Counted from the stretch's first letter, positions 1-14,910 are shown. The stretch is 64,000 nt of DNA from Lingula anatina (GCA_051362555.1 CM120641.1:5642001-5706000), one strand, 5' to 3'. Made by a program: numbers and translations. The notes: generated by a model from the letters alone, not told the origin.

Positions 1-1797
1 CCTTTTGCAAAAGTGCTTTTAAAGTCTACCCACGATAACAGTAAGTCGTGAATGTGTATTTTGCTCATTTTTTCAATCTTTTAAACAGCTTTGAATTCTG
101 TCTGAAAACATAAGTTATATATACGGCGTCACCCTACTGGTCCAGAATACATAGCAACTGTAGTTCTTCAGATAGTCGTCACTTTTTCACGAAGAAAACT
201 AATACCTACTGCTTTATGCACGTCCTTTGGTTAAGTCGGCAAGACGCATACGTGGCTTATTAGCCTTGTAAGACAGGTGTAACTTTGCGAGGTAGATTAT
301 TAACATAACCATGGCACGCCGAACCTGTCAAAGGTATTTACTTGCGGCCATACCAGATTTCATTATTTGCTCGGAAATACACCTCCTTCTCTTTCTTTCA
401 TAAACTCTTCCGTATCAAGCCCCCAGATCGGATCTTCTGCTAGATAAACACTCACAGTTGAATATACACTACACTTACAGAGACACAGTAAATATTAACC
501 CACCCCTGAGTAAAATACCAACAGGCGATATCAAGACTAAACCATGCTCGTTCTGAACCCCGGACTTATGTAGACAAACACGTAATATGTTAATTTACGT
601 TCAGTTGATCTCAACAAGATCGATCTCATTTTCCAGCTCAGTCTTTATCGCTTTAAATGTTAAAGGCAAAAATCACCCGGTGATAAGTTCTTTCAAGAAA
701 TCGTTCTGGAGCACACAAAGGATCAGTCCCATTGTTTGCTGTCACTATGGAGAAATTTCATTAAACTGTCAGCGTGACACTGAATACGTATCGGTAAACT
801 CACATATCAGTTTCTATAAATCATAAGAAGTTAGTTGTCGGGTAATGTGGCCTCACACGGTTTGTATAATACCCTCTATTTCCTGCTAATGTATTAACGC
901 CTTTTCTGACTGTAAACTAGAAGGTGTTTTGCACAAAGATCAACACTTGTAAAAATTCTAGGCGCACATGTGGGATATATATATACATAGTTTTAATTTA
1001 TATAGAAATTGCAACAAGTACCCCGGATAAATGTTAACGTTAAAACCACGTCGTTAACACACTGCGAAGTTTTATAAAATTGAAATAAAACCTTTGTCAT
1101 GTAGTTATAATGATTATATTTAATTTAAAAAATATCACATGTAGGGGCCTACATGTAGCACAGATAAACTTACCTTGGGGTGAAACAAAGATGAATTGTA
1201 TTCTAACAGTTAACAAAAAGGTTTTTGTAACACATTAAATCACCAAGAATAAGTAAAATCGAAGAAAGTGAACATTGTATACCAAAATGACGAGCTCTTT
1301 GACAGAAATGAAATGTATTGCCAAAGATAGAGATAATATCTCGTCTACCTACCTTAATTTTTAAGGAACTGGTTTTTCATCCCCCTGGTCCACCCGCACC
1401 CTGCAACATGTATCAACCTCTTGGTTACATGCCACTGACTAATGTACCTGCCTTTGTGACACTTAATGATTAGCAATTTTGTGGCTACAATCACAAACAG
1501 TGTAAATAATTCACTAAGAGTCTATTGAGCTTGTCCAAACAAACTGAAAAAGTGTTCAATAAGTCATGGCTTTCTTTTCTTCACGGGTGACCTAAAGTAA
1601 CGTTTTGTACAGCGATCGTTTGTATTCCCATTCGCATATTTTTACAAGTTCTTTGAGAAGAAAGAAAGAAAATCAGTAATGCTTGTTTGACTTGGTTTGC
1701 AGCCAAAACATCTATACCCAGTGTTTGTAGTGCCCATTGATCAAGATGGCATTCGGAAATAGGTTTTCGGGTGATCAGGGGACTTAACAGACCACTT

Positions 1798-1807
1798 GAG
1801 AGAGAGA

Positions 1808-1838
<31 letters not shown>
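1798..1838. repeat. (GA)n microsatellite
   Basis: Direct GA dinucleotide run with one interruption. Confidence 0.95.
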
Positions 1839-1842
<4 letters not shown>

Positions 1843-4695
1843 TATAAAAATACGCTACGTACAAGAAATGCATTCTGCACACTTACATCTAAGTGTTTTA
1901 AAATTTACTTCTTTCACCACGAAAACTCTACGATTGTTGTATTAGTTTTGTGTAAGTCTCCTTGGTCTGGGGTGTAAATCAGCACAACTGAATATACGCT
2001 CCATATCAGTTCTGACCGATTAGAGAAAGGATAAGAAGCGATAAGGATACGTTCCGAAATTGTGACGGGTGCGACAAATTCTGCTCCTCTCACAGTCAGG
2101 TGGAAACTGCCATTGACCAAATTGCGTTAGCTATGGTGTAGAATAATCACTACTGCATTTAGTGAACGACGATGCAATTACTCGAGAAATAAAAAAGACT
2201 CGTTGGAAATATTCGCTGAATATTTCACCAAACGATTGTAAAATGTCGTCAAGATGCTTGTTATTGTTTCGTTATCGTCAGTAAAAAAGCAAGAAACGTT
2301 TGGTGTGTATGCGCGCCTGTGAAATCTCCCTTAACAGCTAGATAATCGGTTTAATTAAATTTCTAGCAGTATTACAATCGGTATGTCGTCTATTAAGAAC
2401 CTTCAACGGTTTGGGACAAGTACAGGGGAGCAGACTCTCCAAAACTTAAAGTGATACATACACCAATTCGAATTGCAGAGCGCCAGCAATCCACGTAATC
2501 CAGTCGGACAAGTAGAAGCCCTAGACCTACTGAGCACTGATTGAGTATGTGTGGTGTTGCGGTCATCAAAATTGAGATTTTTATTCGATTTTCAAAAGAA
2601 AAAAGGTTTACAAAATACGTACGAGTTCGGAAGTTTCATACTTTAATTTGTACACGAGAACGATTGTAACCTTAACACTTGACCGCCATTTTATGATACT
2701 TAAGTTCTTTTTAAAAAAAGTTTGTGTTTAACAAATACACGAAGCCCGTGTATGAATAAAAGATGGGGAAATGGGTCGCAAATACTTGTTACAGGTGCAA
2801 AGGTGCAACGTGGTGAGCACCTTGTTAAAATTAATGTTTCCTATACTGCGCTACTATTTGTCTGAGTCGTAAAGGAAAGTGTGTTAGGGAAATCCTTAGA
2901 TAAGGCATATCCCTAAAGTTAATAATAACACATAAACACAATATCAATGTCGTGTAGCAACGACACCAGGTATATCAGATTTGCCAAGGAAATAAATCTT
3001 TTAAATAATCATAATCCACTAGAAAAATGTAGCAACGATTAACCCTCTTCTAAAAAGGGCTACTTAAGGGAATGAAAGGCAGATTTATATTTTTCAAGTG
3101 CATTATTATAACTTAAATGATAAGAGATTGGGGATCGTATTTCCATATAAAAACTATAAGGAGCACTAAATCCCGGTTGATTGCACTTCGCAAAATCCCT
3201 CGTTAATCTCCTACCCCTGAGTAAATGACAGTGAATTATTTTTCTCCACAGTGTTTTCAATGGCCTGAATAGCGCAAAGTTTTCTTATGTATCCAATCCC
3301 GTAGCAACAGACTAGATGCAGACTGCAGCGGACTATAATAATGCTAATAATAACACGCTGTGTGTAACTTGAAGATCTTCCCGTAGGGTTGTATTGATTA
3401 GCTGTGGAGAATCCACACTTTACTGGTAATGGTCCCAGTCACCGTATTTACAGTAGACTTACAAGAAGAACAATTCCCGCAGAAGTGCTACCACTTTTTT
3501 CAATCCTTGGCGTCATGGCAATAGATTAAAATCAGACAAGTGGGCCTACGTACGTCACGTGAAGAGAATCTGAACAGATCTTGCTTGCTAGAACAAGGGC
3601 AGTCACACTCGATTGACAGACTGGTCTTACATTACTTGGAGCCAGAGAGGTAAGATTTTCTAAGTATGAGTAACTATATGTTCGTTTGAGTGTTCTACAT
3701 ATTGCGGGCATTGCAGGCCTTCTGTTGTACCCGAGTGTGTTATCACATTGGATAAGATCACTTAGCCTATCGGGCCTGTGTTGTACTTGTTACGAGATAT
3801 TAGTCTGTGCAGACTATACTGAAATGAACCAAAGAAAGATATACTACACTTTCACTGGGAAATTTTATAGGCTCTAAACATAGGCATTGGTGAAGTCAAA
3901 GAATTTGAGGAAACTGATTCGGGATATTGTGGAACAAATAACGATCGAGTGCAAGCGGAACAGCATAGCTGACCTTCAAATGTACATCAAAATTCTTTTC
4001 GCCAAAAACAGATCTTCGAGGAGGCCAAAACGATTCTGCCATAAACATGTGCAGAATGCGTAACTTTGACCCATTTCTCTGTAACATGATCACATATCTA
4101 GCCTACATCCTGACAAAACAAATGAGTGTTAATGTGCACCACAAGAGGACCAACCCCGCCCCCCTTTCCCTGTTCCTTCCCCCACAAATGATTTAGAGGG
4201 GGTGGAATTCAGGCGCGAGTGAGCATACTTTTTATTTTAAATATTTAGGACGTTTCTTATTCAGTGTGTTTGCCATTTTGAAAAATATATCCATAAAATG
4301 TCGTACACTGTTTCGATTGTACTTAATTTCAGCCACATCGTGTGAGAAACGTGTTTAGCATAAACGTTGGTCAGAAACTGTGGAATCTTCTTCGCTAGGT
4401 AAAATCGCATGTCATGACCACCGACTTATTCAATTTTGTGTTTTTATATATGTTTTTGCAATTTTAAAATTTTACTTCATGATTAATTTTATATTTTCAG
4501 GAAAGAAATGACGATTTAACTGAGATGACGTTTTTAAGCATACGACTGTTATGGCTGGCAGACGACAGAACAAATAATCCCTACTCCTCGCATACGCAAT
4601 TGACGTTTCTAGGAATATTACCGGAATTTTGTTTTTTAGAGAAGACAGGTATATTCTGATTTTAGATGAATCGATTTGGAGTTTGAGGTTTGAAA

Positions 4696-5013
4696 ATGAA
4701 TTATAACGCACCAATGCCTTCACCCGACAACCCAAACCTGGAATTAGACATCTTCACAGCTATGGACGCTGCAGCGACCCAAAGAACGAGACACGCTAAC
4801 AACATTCTAGAGAAAAAGCTCGAACACGACGAGAAAATGCTCAATAAAAAGAAAAAAATGAGCGAAGTGCTCTTACGAAAAGAAACTAGTGAAGTACGAA
4901 GAGAACTTAGAAAAATAAAGAAAAAGACACCGCCTTTACCTGAAAGGAAAAAAGATCAAATGCCAACATATTGTAGAGAACACGAAAAAGCAAAGACTAA
5001 ATCGGGGACCTGA
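4696..5013 (+). CDS. Small basic coiled-coil protein (105 aa), uncharacterised
   Basis: Open frame from ATG 4696 with K/E/R-rich helical composition (LEKKLEHDEKMLNKKKKMSEVLLRKETSEVRRELRKI). An acceptor-like ttttag lies at ~4665, a candidate non-coding-exon donor (gag|gtaaga) at ~3650 and AATAAA at ~5271. No family securely recognised. Confidence 0.5.
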   Translation: MNYNAPMPSPDNPNLELDIFTAMDAAATQRTRHANNILEKKLEHDEKMLNKKKKMSEVLLRKETSEVRRELRKIKKKTPPLPERKKDQMPTYCREHEKAKTKSGT

Positions 5014-7372
5014 CACAGAAATACAAATATAAAATAATTAATGAGACGTCCTAGAATATGATCCAGTTAGCAAAATATTAACATCGATCTTTCACGCAGC
5101 AAGTGGTATGCAACCAGTTTCCACATTGTCAAGTGAACATATGGTGGATTATCAATCACAATGAAGCATTATACCGGAACAATGGTTGTGTCTTTCCCGA
5201 CATACGAACTTTTCTCGCCATGATAAAGTCATAAAGGACTTCAGCTTTAAGTCCACTTTGTTTGTCAGATAATAAAATGGGCGATAATCTAAGTTACACG
5301 TTTTGTTTAGCTGATATGCGTCATTTTGGTGACGCGCCTACGTGAGATACTCCGTTTGATATTCTAAATGATTGTGGAAACTTAAATCTAATCACATCGG
5401 ATAAATTTATCGACCAAAACTTAAATCACTTTTAAGTAACTGCGCAAGCCGGGCGCACAGTGTTTTAGCCGAAATTTAGATCACGCGATCTATCCATTAT
5501 GAACACGACAAAGAACTTATCATGAAACGGTTGTTAAGCTCTTTCTAGTCAGTAAAGCGTCGCATTTTTCTTTCACATTAATTATATTCGTAAGTTTGTG
5601 ATCTCGTTAAAAGGAAATTAAGGGGAATTCATACAATCCCTACGCTTTTCACTTCTGAAAGATTTACATTCATTTTGAGCGGCATTGATATTAGTTTGTC
5701 AAGGTCTGTGAGAGATTTAAGGCACGACCGGTCTAACTTCAACTATCTTCTATGAAAAGACTGATCGCCATCACCAAGCGACCAGATTGCACAGTGACCT
5801 TTATCGCCCCTTGGACCATGTAAATCAACTTTAGGAAGCTTAATAAAACCATCTTTATTTGAATGTAGCTAACCAAGATTTTATGAATTAATCTCGTAAG
5901 GACAAGTCGTTACCTAAAGAAGACCTCTTGAAATTCGCCCCGTGACGTCAATTTGTCTATTTCGGTTCTAATCTACTCCGTTTGTCAACATTCCCTTTTA
6001 ATTTAGGTATCCTACCCGGAAGTTTCGTTCCAAATAGAATTTATTTTGGAAAAAAATCTACTACTCTCAAATTATTGCTCCACCCGTCCCCGCTCTTGGA
6101 TTTGATGTTTTAAACCATTTCTCATCAAATAGTTTAATTTTTTAAAATTACTGACCAGACATTTAGACCACCAGGTCTTCCTGTACATTTCAGAAGAAAA
6201 CACAGTATCCACAACAGGTTATTTGTTTGAGGGATTGTATCTTTTTAAAATCAGAATTGGCAAAGATAAGAAGCTCTGCAGAATATGTAGACATTGGACA
6301 TCGGGACATTTTAAAAGCGTTTAGTGTACCTTAATTAGCTGAAAGTCAAAAATGCGCGACCGAAACACCGATAATTGAGCTGACTGCATAAAAAATAATA
6401 GTTTGTTTGGAACTACATCACTCCTGATGAAAAACGATTTGCAAAAATAATCTGTATTTAATTCAGTTTGTCACATGGCTTTCACGACACTGACATGTAC
6501 AATATATAAGTACATGAATGCAGAAGTTACAATAGTAAATAGATAAGTTGCATTATTACATGTAGCTCTTATTTATTTCAATGATCATTTCAATCAATAA
6601 CGACTGGTTTTATAACACAAATGGAAATTATTCTAAAAGTTTAGAATGAAAATCATCATATGTGTGGATTTATATTGATTTTGTCATTTTACAATAAATG
6701 ACAAAATTCTTGTCGATCAGACTTCAGCCACATTTCCTTAAAAAAAAAAAAGAGTTCCTGTGCGTTTGTGAGCATATGGCTAAATAAATATATCTTCTTT
6801 TAATTTAAATTTCATAAAGAGATATGTTCCGTATATATAACTTTAAGTGAACTTAATACTTGGGGATTACTTTGAAACAAAAAATATTTGTTAACGCACA
6901 GTTAATTATGACAAAATCTTAATTTATAACAAATATTGTTTTAAATTCAGTGTACACCATGCTAATGATATGCTATTTTGAAAAATTGATTTTTCTTGAA
7001 AAAAAAAGGAATTTTCTCCTACTCACAAATCATTGATCTAGCCATTGTTTTTTTTTATGAACTAGCAATGAAATGTTTCCCCTGTTTAGACCACTATGTG
7101 TTCCTGTACATTTCAGTTGATTTGAGCAGTTTCATCCCTTTATAACTGGAAGGATATGGATACGTAGACATAGAAAATACCAGCCATCTTTGCAAAGCTT
7201 AAATTTCAGGTAGTGTAGCTTTAAACAGGAATGGTCATACATTCCAGACACCTTTGTTTTAAATTGATACTGGTCTGCATGTAGGATTACTGGAATGGAA
7301 GCACAATGTATCACTCTGGTCAGAGCATGTTACAGGACTAGTACATCTTGGTATGCTCATTACTGTAACATA

Positions 7373-10300
7373 TCAATTAATTTGATGCATACTATCAGCA
7401 CAGTTGCAATAAGGAAAATTACAACAATCCTGTAGCCAAGGCCTCCACAAAAGCTTTGGTGTACTGAACTGACTCTCTACATATGCAAATGTCTTTGAAT
7501 GCTCTGCAACAGCCTTGGTAATAATGGCCAACAGATTCTGGTATTGGGCTGTAGATGGCGACACAGCTGTTTTCTCAGATGGATCACTCTTGACGTCATA
7601 TAATAATGGTGGGCTGTGCCATACTGCATCAACATAACAACTACATGTGTATCCACAGCCTTCTGTTCCTGGTAACCAGTTGTAACTAGCATATATCAAC
7701 TTCCAGGTGGCAGAGCCTACAAGAAAAGATGTACATAAATATGATTTCACATTCAGAATGCATGAATCAGCAACACAGATATTCAATCTTACAATCATAT
7801 AATGCTGGTGCAACATATGAAATGCAATTCAGCAAAAATAAGCTTGGATATTTTTAACTGTCTTGAACCAGACAGTTAACAAAACAATTATAATTTTCTC
7901 AGACACACTTGCATTAATTCATCCTCCATTAAAATCTTTATTACAAAAATGTTTCATTCTTCAATCCACAATTGGAAAAGATTAAATACATGTACATGTA
8001 CACATTGCTGAAACAACCTGACCAGTACTAGCACCCTTACCATCTCTTGGCTGATATCTGACAGCATGAAGGTCCTGGGCACAGTAATGGAAGAGAAATT
8101 GGTGTGGACTCACTCTCTTCTCCCCCTTCAACAATGGCAACAGGTTCTTTCCATCCAGCTCAGTAGATCCAGGAAGAGACTGCCTCATCATGTGAGCCAG
8201 TGTTGGGAGGAGGTCCATCTGACTGGTCATTTCTTCTATGGACACTCCTGCTGGTAACTGACCAGGCCACATGACAGCTGAGGGTACTCTAATGCCACCA
8301 TCCATGCTGCCCTGAAGCTTGCCACCTGAATTTTGTAAAACATTTTAGATAAGTACGTTATAAGCAACCATGTGGGCATTTCTGAGATTGCTTAGAATTT
8401 TGTTCACAAAATAGCTCCAAGGTCAATTCTGTTTTGATTTGACTGTGAGAAGACAAGATGCCTACATATGGCTGTATATTGACCCATGCTACTGTATCCA
8501 TCATTTTTAATAGGCCTTTTTTTCTGGATCACTAATGAGCTGAATCCAGGTCCATGGTATCCAAAAGGTGTCCGTGAAGATTTCAGAAAATGTGAGACAA
8601 TATGACTTTTGTAGGCTTTAATGGTAGGGTCTGAATCTGAAATTTTTCAAAAAGAGGAAAGGACACTGAATCCCTCCCCTACCCACCCCACCTTACATTC
8701 TTCCATTAGGATGCAATGTACAGTCATCCATGCTGTAGTTTGCTACTATTAAAGTAGTGTGGGACATCAGTATTATATCTCTCACATTTAATCTGTTTTA
8801 AGTATTTTTATGAGACTGCACAAACACTATACTGCTAAGAAGCCTGTTGAATTACAAAATCCAATGTGAAATAGTACTGTACATACATTGTATAAATCTA
8901 TTATTTTATTACATTAAAATTACAAGCTGGGCGAGGAAGTGACAGGTTACTTGCAAAGAGGCATAGATTATTTCATATTTCTGTAGATGGCATTATCAGA
9001 TCCTGCAATGATTATACTGTATTATGTTTTTGGTACAACTGTTTGCAGTAGATAAAAGCCATATTGATCCTAAATGACAACACTAAAGCATCTAATGCAT
9101 GGGTCATTCAGAACATGGGTTCATAAATATCAATAATAATTATTTTCATAGTACTCCCCCTTTTTTCATGTTCAGTGACTTTATTGAATTGGAAATCTGG
9201 ATAATTTCAGGAGTTGGTTTAAAATGAAATCCTATATTGATTAATGATGATAACAAGTTCAGTACTATAATCTTCAATGCACATCAAGGCACAGGAAGGC
9301 CATGATCATGATGGATGCCCGTAGACATAAATACAATTTCCCCTGCTCATGTAAAGCGAATTTCTCATTATATAATCTGAAATATATTCTCTCAATTATA
9401 AAATCTCCAATAACTGACATAAATATACATACCTCTGTAGATTCCATTAAATCCTCCTTGCCTGCTCCCATCAAGACCTTTTTCCTCAACATGACCCCCA
9501 TTGTCAGAGGAGAAATAAATGAAAGTATTATCCTGGAGCCCAAGTGTGTTTAATGTCTCAAGCACCTGCCCAACTCCCCAGTCTAACTCCTGTACAGCAT
9601 CCCCATATAGTCCATGCTGACTGCTACCATAGAACTCCTCAGATGTACGCAGTGCAGTGTGGACTTGAGTCCATGACATGAAGAGCAAGAATGGCTGGTC
9701 ACCTTTAGCTTGTTCCTGGAGGAACTGGCGTCCATCTTGAACCAATTTTTTGGTGATTGTCTCCAGGTGCACAGGTTGTTCTATGACTTCATAATTTCTC
9801 ATCAATATGCTGTTGAGCATTTTGATATTGTTTACAAAAAACACAACATACAGCATAAATACAGTTAAAATTATAATTGAAACTGTGCTAGTGTAAAAAC
9901 CCAACAGATTTTTTCTTTTGAAGATTACAATTGTTGCAACTGCGATGAAGAAATAAAATGCAATCTCATAATTGACTGTTGGTCTAAAAGTGGTAATGAC
10001 AGAGTTTCCATCATCACCAAAATCCTTGAGGTTGGTGAGTGGTAGTCCGTAGAAGTAATCAAATCCTTGTCGTAGTGGATGGTGGCAAGGATCCCCTGTA
10101 TTGTCACAGTAGGTACCAACATGCCACTTGCCTGTAATACACAAAGATCACGTACAAATAAAAACATTTCTCATTCATATCTCAGCTGATGTCAAGAACT
10201 TTTAAATCACAGAAATGGTGTATCCCACATACATGCACTCCACAAATTATTTAATGCCTCTTGGACTGTCTTGGTAAAATTAAGTTAGATTAAACACTTG

Positions 10301-11746
10301 TCAGCAAGGTGCGCCTGGCATCCACTCATACATCATACTTACATACATCACATCATCATATGCTATACCTTGCTAACTCATACTGTACTTATTATTTTTA
10401 CATACCATAGTGAATTAGGACCTATAGATAATAGCCACACAGTACATGTAGATACTAGCACAAAAAAGTTACCAGGGTTGGGAAAAGAGAGTGATAAAAC
10501 AGGATGGAAGTTTTACACAAAATCCAACATCTTCTTGTCCATTTAACTAAAGAGACTACTTTTGATACAATTAACCTTTATCTTATTGACAATAACACAC
10601 AGTACACTATACAGCAACATTTGTCAAAATATGCACAGAAGTTTTAACTGTTTTTTTTTCTTGCAGGCTTATAACATTTGCAAAATACTCACCAATAAAA
10701 GCAGTCTTGTATCCTGCTTGTTTGGCAATTTCTGCAAATGTCACTTCATCACTAGGCAACCCAGAGGTGCAGGCCACAAATGGAATGATAGTCATTCTCA
10801 ATGGAGAATCAAAACCTGAAAGATTAAGAAAAAGCAAATAGAGTAAATAATAAACTAGTCTGATCAATCAACCTATAATATTTACAGTTTTTACATTTAT
10901 CATGGCATTAATTGTCCATGATACCTGAAAAATACTCTGTATAGGTGAAGGCAATCAGGGGCGGATTTAGGCTGTCTTCTGGGTCTTCTGGAAGACGGTC
11001 AGATTTTCAAGTTTACATTGTCAGCCATCTAATGTTTTCTGTCGGAAGACGGTCAAAAATGAAAGATGGATCAACAAAGATAATTTGGAAGACTGTCAGA
11101 AAATATCTCTGAATCCGCCCCTGGCAATGTTGAAAATAATCTCCACTCAACTGTGTTTCACAAGTTCTCAACTTAAGACCTTAAGGTCCTTAAGACCGCT
11201 TTTGACTAAGACCCCATTCCCAGAGATTAGATGAATTCAACTAGATCGACCTAACTCCCTGGGGGTTCACGCTAAATAGCTGTCAGCCGAGCGTGCACGA
11301 AAGTTAATTACCCCTTTACAGCTTGTAGTAGGCAGGACGGACATTTAAGCCTGATTATCTGACAGTAATCTAGTGAGACTCCCTATGGGGATAGATTGAT
11401 CTAAAATCTATGGGAATGCACCCTAAATAGTCATTTTGTCAATGTTTTGTGAAACATCTACATGTAGACGCCTGGTTTACCAACCATATCTTTTTGGCAG
11501 CCTTCCTGTCAGTAGAGCTGCTCTACTGGGGGAACAAGTGGGTGCTGCAGTGAGGTGCTGGGTTAGCCTTACCCCTTGTCTAGCTATACTGTCAATATGA
11601 GGAGTGCTCAGGGTGGTGTTACCAAAGCAGCCAACATCTCCCATTCCAAGATCATCAGCCAGAAATATCACTATGTTTGGTAGTTTCTCTTTGCCTTTTG
11701 CAATACAGATGCTGACAAAGATGGAAAGTAACTGTAGGACATCCAT
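7373..11746 (-). CDS. Steryl-sulfatase / arylsulfatase (STS/ARSD-H family)-like, ~570 aa
   Basis: Five coding exons with consistent phases: 11746-11485, 10815-10693, 10131-9433, 8325-8041, 7716-7373. Has a signal peptide, [11 protein letters not shown], the formylglycine motif [16 protein letters not shown], a two-helix hydrophobic hairpin typical of STS, SSDNGG and GGIRVP. Confidence 0.93.
10956..11123. mobile_element. MITE family A (hAT-like), TIR CAGGGGCGGAT, 5-bp TSD GCAAT
   Basis: Ends are CAGGGGCGGATT...AATCCGCCCCTG with GCAAT on both flanks. Homologous copies lie at 58952-59118 and 63618-63784. Confidence 0.85.
11210..11423. mobile_element. MITE family B (PIF/Harbinger Tourist-like), TAA TSD
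   Basis: About 214 bp with imperfect TIRs (GACCCCATTCCCAGAG...TATGGGAATGCACCC), flanked by TAA/TAA. A highly similar copy lies at 51255-51469. Confidence 0.85.
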
Positions 11747-13559
11747 TCCTGAAATATGAAAAAAAAAATTTCAGCATACTGGTATTTGTATTAAAATGCT
11801 CGGCTTTTAAAATATTAGTAACTTGTCTATAACTACATATGTGTCTCTCATTATCCTAAATGTCAAATATTCAACAATATTTTGACATACAATGTAGAAA
11901 CACATTTTTTCACATATTTATCCAAAATGTCAAAACACGAAGAAAAAACATGCTGCATAATACCTGAATGGGAACAATTGATTTTTCACGAGGTAATTAA
12001 TTTGGCATAAGACACTGGATACTTTTCAAGTGCATTATCTCAGCAATAGAAGTATAGTCATAAAAATGATTTAGATTATAAGATATTGAAATTGATGTAT
12101 ACACCAGGTACGGTACCTCAATTTTGATAAATAATCCAGCGTCATGCCTTAGATACTAGTTATTCTGATTGAGGATGCCCTTTCCCTACCCCACCCCCTC
12201 ACTCTCAGCTTCACGGCCTCTATTGGCTGTAACAGTTTGCTTAATGTAGATTGTAAAATTGCTCATTCTAATGTATCAAATTGAAACATAAAACATGTAC
12301 GATTAATGTAATATTTACAGATTCAGTGCTAGTAAAACTAACGTTAGTACATGTTAGTAGATGTACGTGTACAATGTTCATTTATGTACACCCCTGTACA
12401 GTATATACACCTTCGGGTTTTGCTTAATGGGATCCAAGGGGTTCGCGACAACGTGCATTAACTGCCCACCTCCCTCCCCTTTCTTTCTTGTTGATAGCCC
12501 TTCTGAATGACCAAAGTCCTACATGTCAGTGTTGATAATCATCAGTCCTTCGATTTGATACCTGCCCATTGGAATATTGACCCATTAGAGCCTGCGTCAT
12601 CAAAACAAACGGCAGCCATACTGGAGGGAGACCGGAATCGTCTGCTGCGCATGAACAAGCCATGTCTGTAGTTCAGTTTTCGTTTTCTGTATTTTTTTTC
12701 ATATTTAACCGAGCAAAATGATGAATTACTGCAGGGTATTTGATCGAGAGAAGGTAACTTACTTTACAAGCGTTCACAGACTGCCTGCAGTGGTAAAAAT
12801 CCATGGTGAAGGAACTAAAACCATAAACGGAGGAGAGACGGCGAGGTGGCTTTGAATCAAGACTCTTCGGAAAAGTAAAGGATAAAACTAATTTATTTTA
12901 TAGCAAAGAATGAAGAGCCAACTGTGCAGATTTACCATAAAAGAAAAAACAGTAGAACACCAAAGACCTAGGTGTGTACGTTTGGGGCGCACGTATATAT
13001 TTAAAGTAGTGCCCAAAAAGTGTGGATGGAGAGTGTGTTAATTTGTTAAAACGTGTGGAAATACCCAGGCAGGGTTTCGACTTTAATGAAGACTCACCTA
13101 TTGCCTTGGGTGTAATTTGTTATCAGTTACGGTGCTCTCTAGATTTTATCGGCTGTCACCTACCTCTTTTATACCTGGTTAGCATTATTCCCAATTAGTG
13201 TCAAGGCTATATTTGTACTGTACACAGCTGAGCTGGGCCAATTAAATCAATTACCTGTATGAAGTGTATTTGGAAGTTAGTGGCTTAATTTTCGATTTGG
13301 TGTAGTGATAAGAGTAATTTTATTTTGCAAGTAAATTCTACCTCAGGTGTAATTGACATATAACTTTAATAACCTCATGAAATAATTTTGCACTTTCCTC
13401 TGTAAAAATGTTAAATTCTGCTCCTTTCAACTGTAATGTTGTAAGTTATAATATGAATACAAATCACTATTGTTATCTTTCTATTAATTTAGATCTACAT
13501 GTAGGAAATTGATCAGGCATTTCCCACCAAGCCACACTGATTGGGTGCAAGTAAATTAT

Positions 13560-13609
<50 letters not shown>

Positions 13610-13919
13610 GGAAGCTTTTGATGACAGGTACAAAAGGCAGCTAGATGACACACAAGGTAGAAGCAGCAAAAAATATTCCTAGATCTCTGTGACCAGCTGA
13701 GGAGACAGGATCTGAACATCAGGAGAGTGAAATCCAGTGCATGACAGGAGTTATTTAATTGAAGCGACACTCAGAACTCAGCATTTCATGTTCACTTTTA
13801 TTCATACAAAATGTGCACTTTTCCTATTTGTTTAAGCAAATGGTTGCAGAAATCAATTCATGAACTGAATTATTATTTTACATTGGACATCATAAATACA
13901 TGATTGTGAAAAATGCCTT

Positions 13920-14910
13920 GCTTCTGTGAATGACTGAATAATAATAAAATCCTAACAATGTTGCTTATATGAATGGTTGCATTCATGGTGAATATTAAAC
14001 TCTCTCAAACAACAGTCTCGTTACATGTACTTTCTAATGAACCAAAATGAAGTACAAGAATGCTGAAATAATTTAAAAAGTTGATGATGGTATAGAGCAA
14101 ATGTTCTGCATACTTTACTTCTGTACTGTATAAACAAAAGCATCTGAAAATCCCCAATATACATGTAGTTAGGCTTTACATTAAAAAAGAGAACAACAAA
14201 TACCTGATATTGCAGTTTTAAAGTAAATTTAAAATACATGAATTTTGTTCACTGAATACCTAGCAAAATATTCTCAATGCAAATGGTATATAAAATTTTA
14301 TAAAATCAGTTTGATACAATACTTTTTATGACAGTAGATGTATTTTGAAAACTTATTTACAACACAACTCACCAGCTTTATTTTGATACAAAGGACACGT
14401 CTTTTTCATCATTGACATAGTTTCTATTGCTCCATTGATATCAAGTGTATAGTCCCATGGCAAATTCCCATTCTCTAAGTCCCACTTAAACTGAGGTTTG
14501 AGGATATTTATAGTGCCTAACAAATGCTTCTGTGAATGACTGAACTAATAATAAAATGCTAACAATGCTGCTTATATGAATGAACAACAGTCTTGTTACA
14601 TGTACTTTCTAATGAACCAATATGAAGTACAAGAATGCTGAAATAATTTCTGACAGCTTCACGATGTAAAGATAAGTCATAACTAACAGCAATATTTCAT
14701 GTCATAAGACAATCACATTCTTCCTTGAATCCACAAGGGTTTATCCTAATGATCAGCTCAAATTTTTTATATCTATCCTTTATGAAAACAGTTGCTTCTA
14801 TTTATGGTTAAACTTATGATTATACATTAAACTCTCTCAAACTATAACTGTTATTACCCAATGAACAAGAAAAATGAAGTACAAGATAACTGAACTATCT
14901 TCTGACAACA
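13920..14910. repeat. Local dispersed duplication (~130-150 bp unit; two close copies and one diverged copy)
   Basis: TGCTTCTGTGAATGACTGAA...ATGAAGTACAAGAATGCTGAAATAATTT occurs at ~13920-14075 and ~14524-14650, with a partial copy at ~14826-14910. Confidence 0.8.

Noticed and set aside
601-732. Minus-strand frame MGLILCVLQNDFLKELITG*FLPLTFKAIKTELENEIDLVEIN with an in-frame TGA, considered as a tiny selenoprotein or read-through
   Set aside because: No recognisable homology, no redox motif and no convincing SECIS downstream. Compatible with chance.
13565-13608. Long poly-A tract (also ~34539-34578) as a retroposed-element tail
   Set aside because: No TSD or identifiable SINE/LINE body adjacent.
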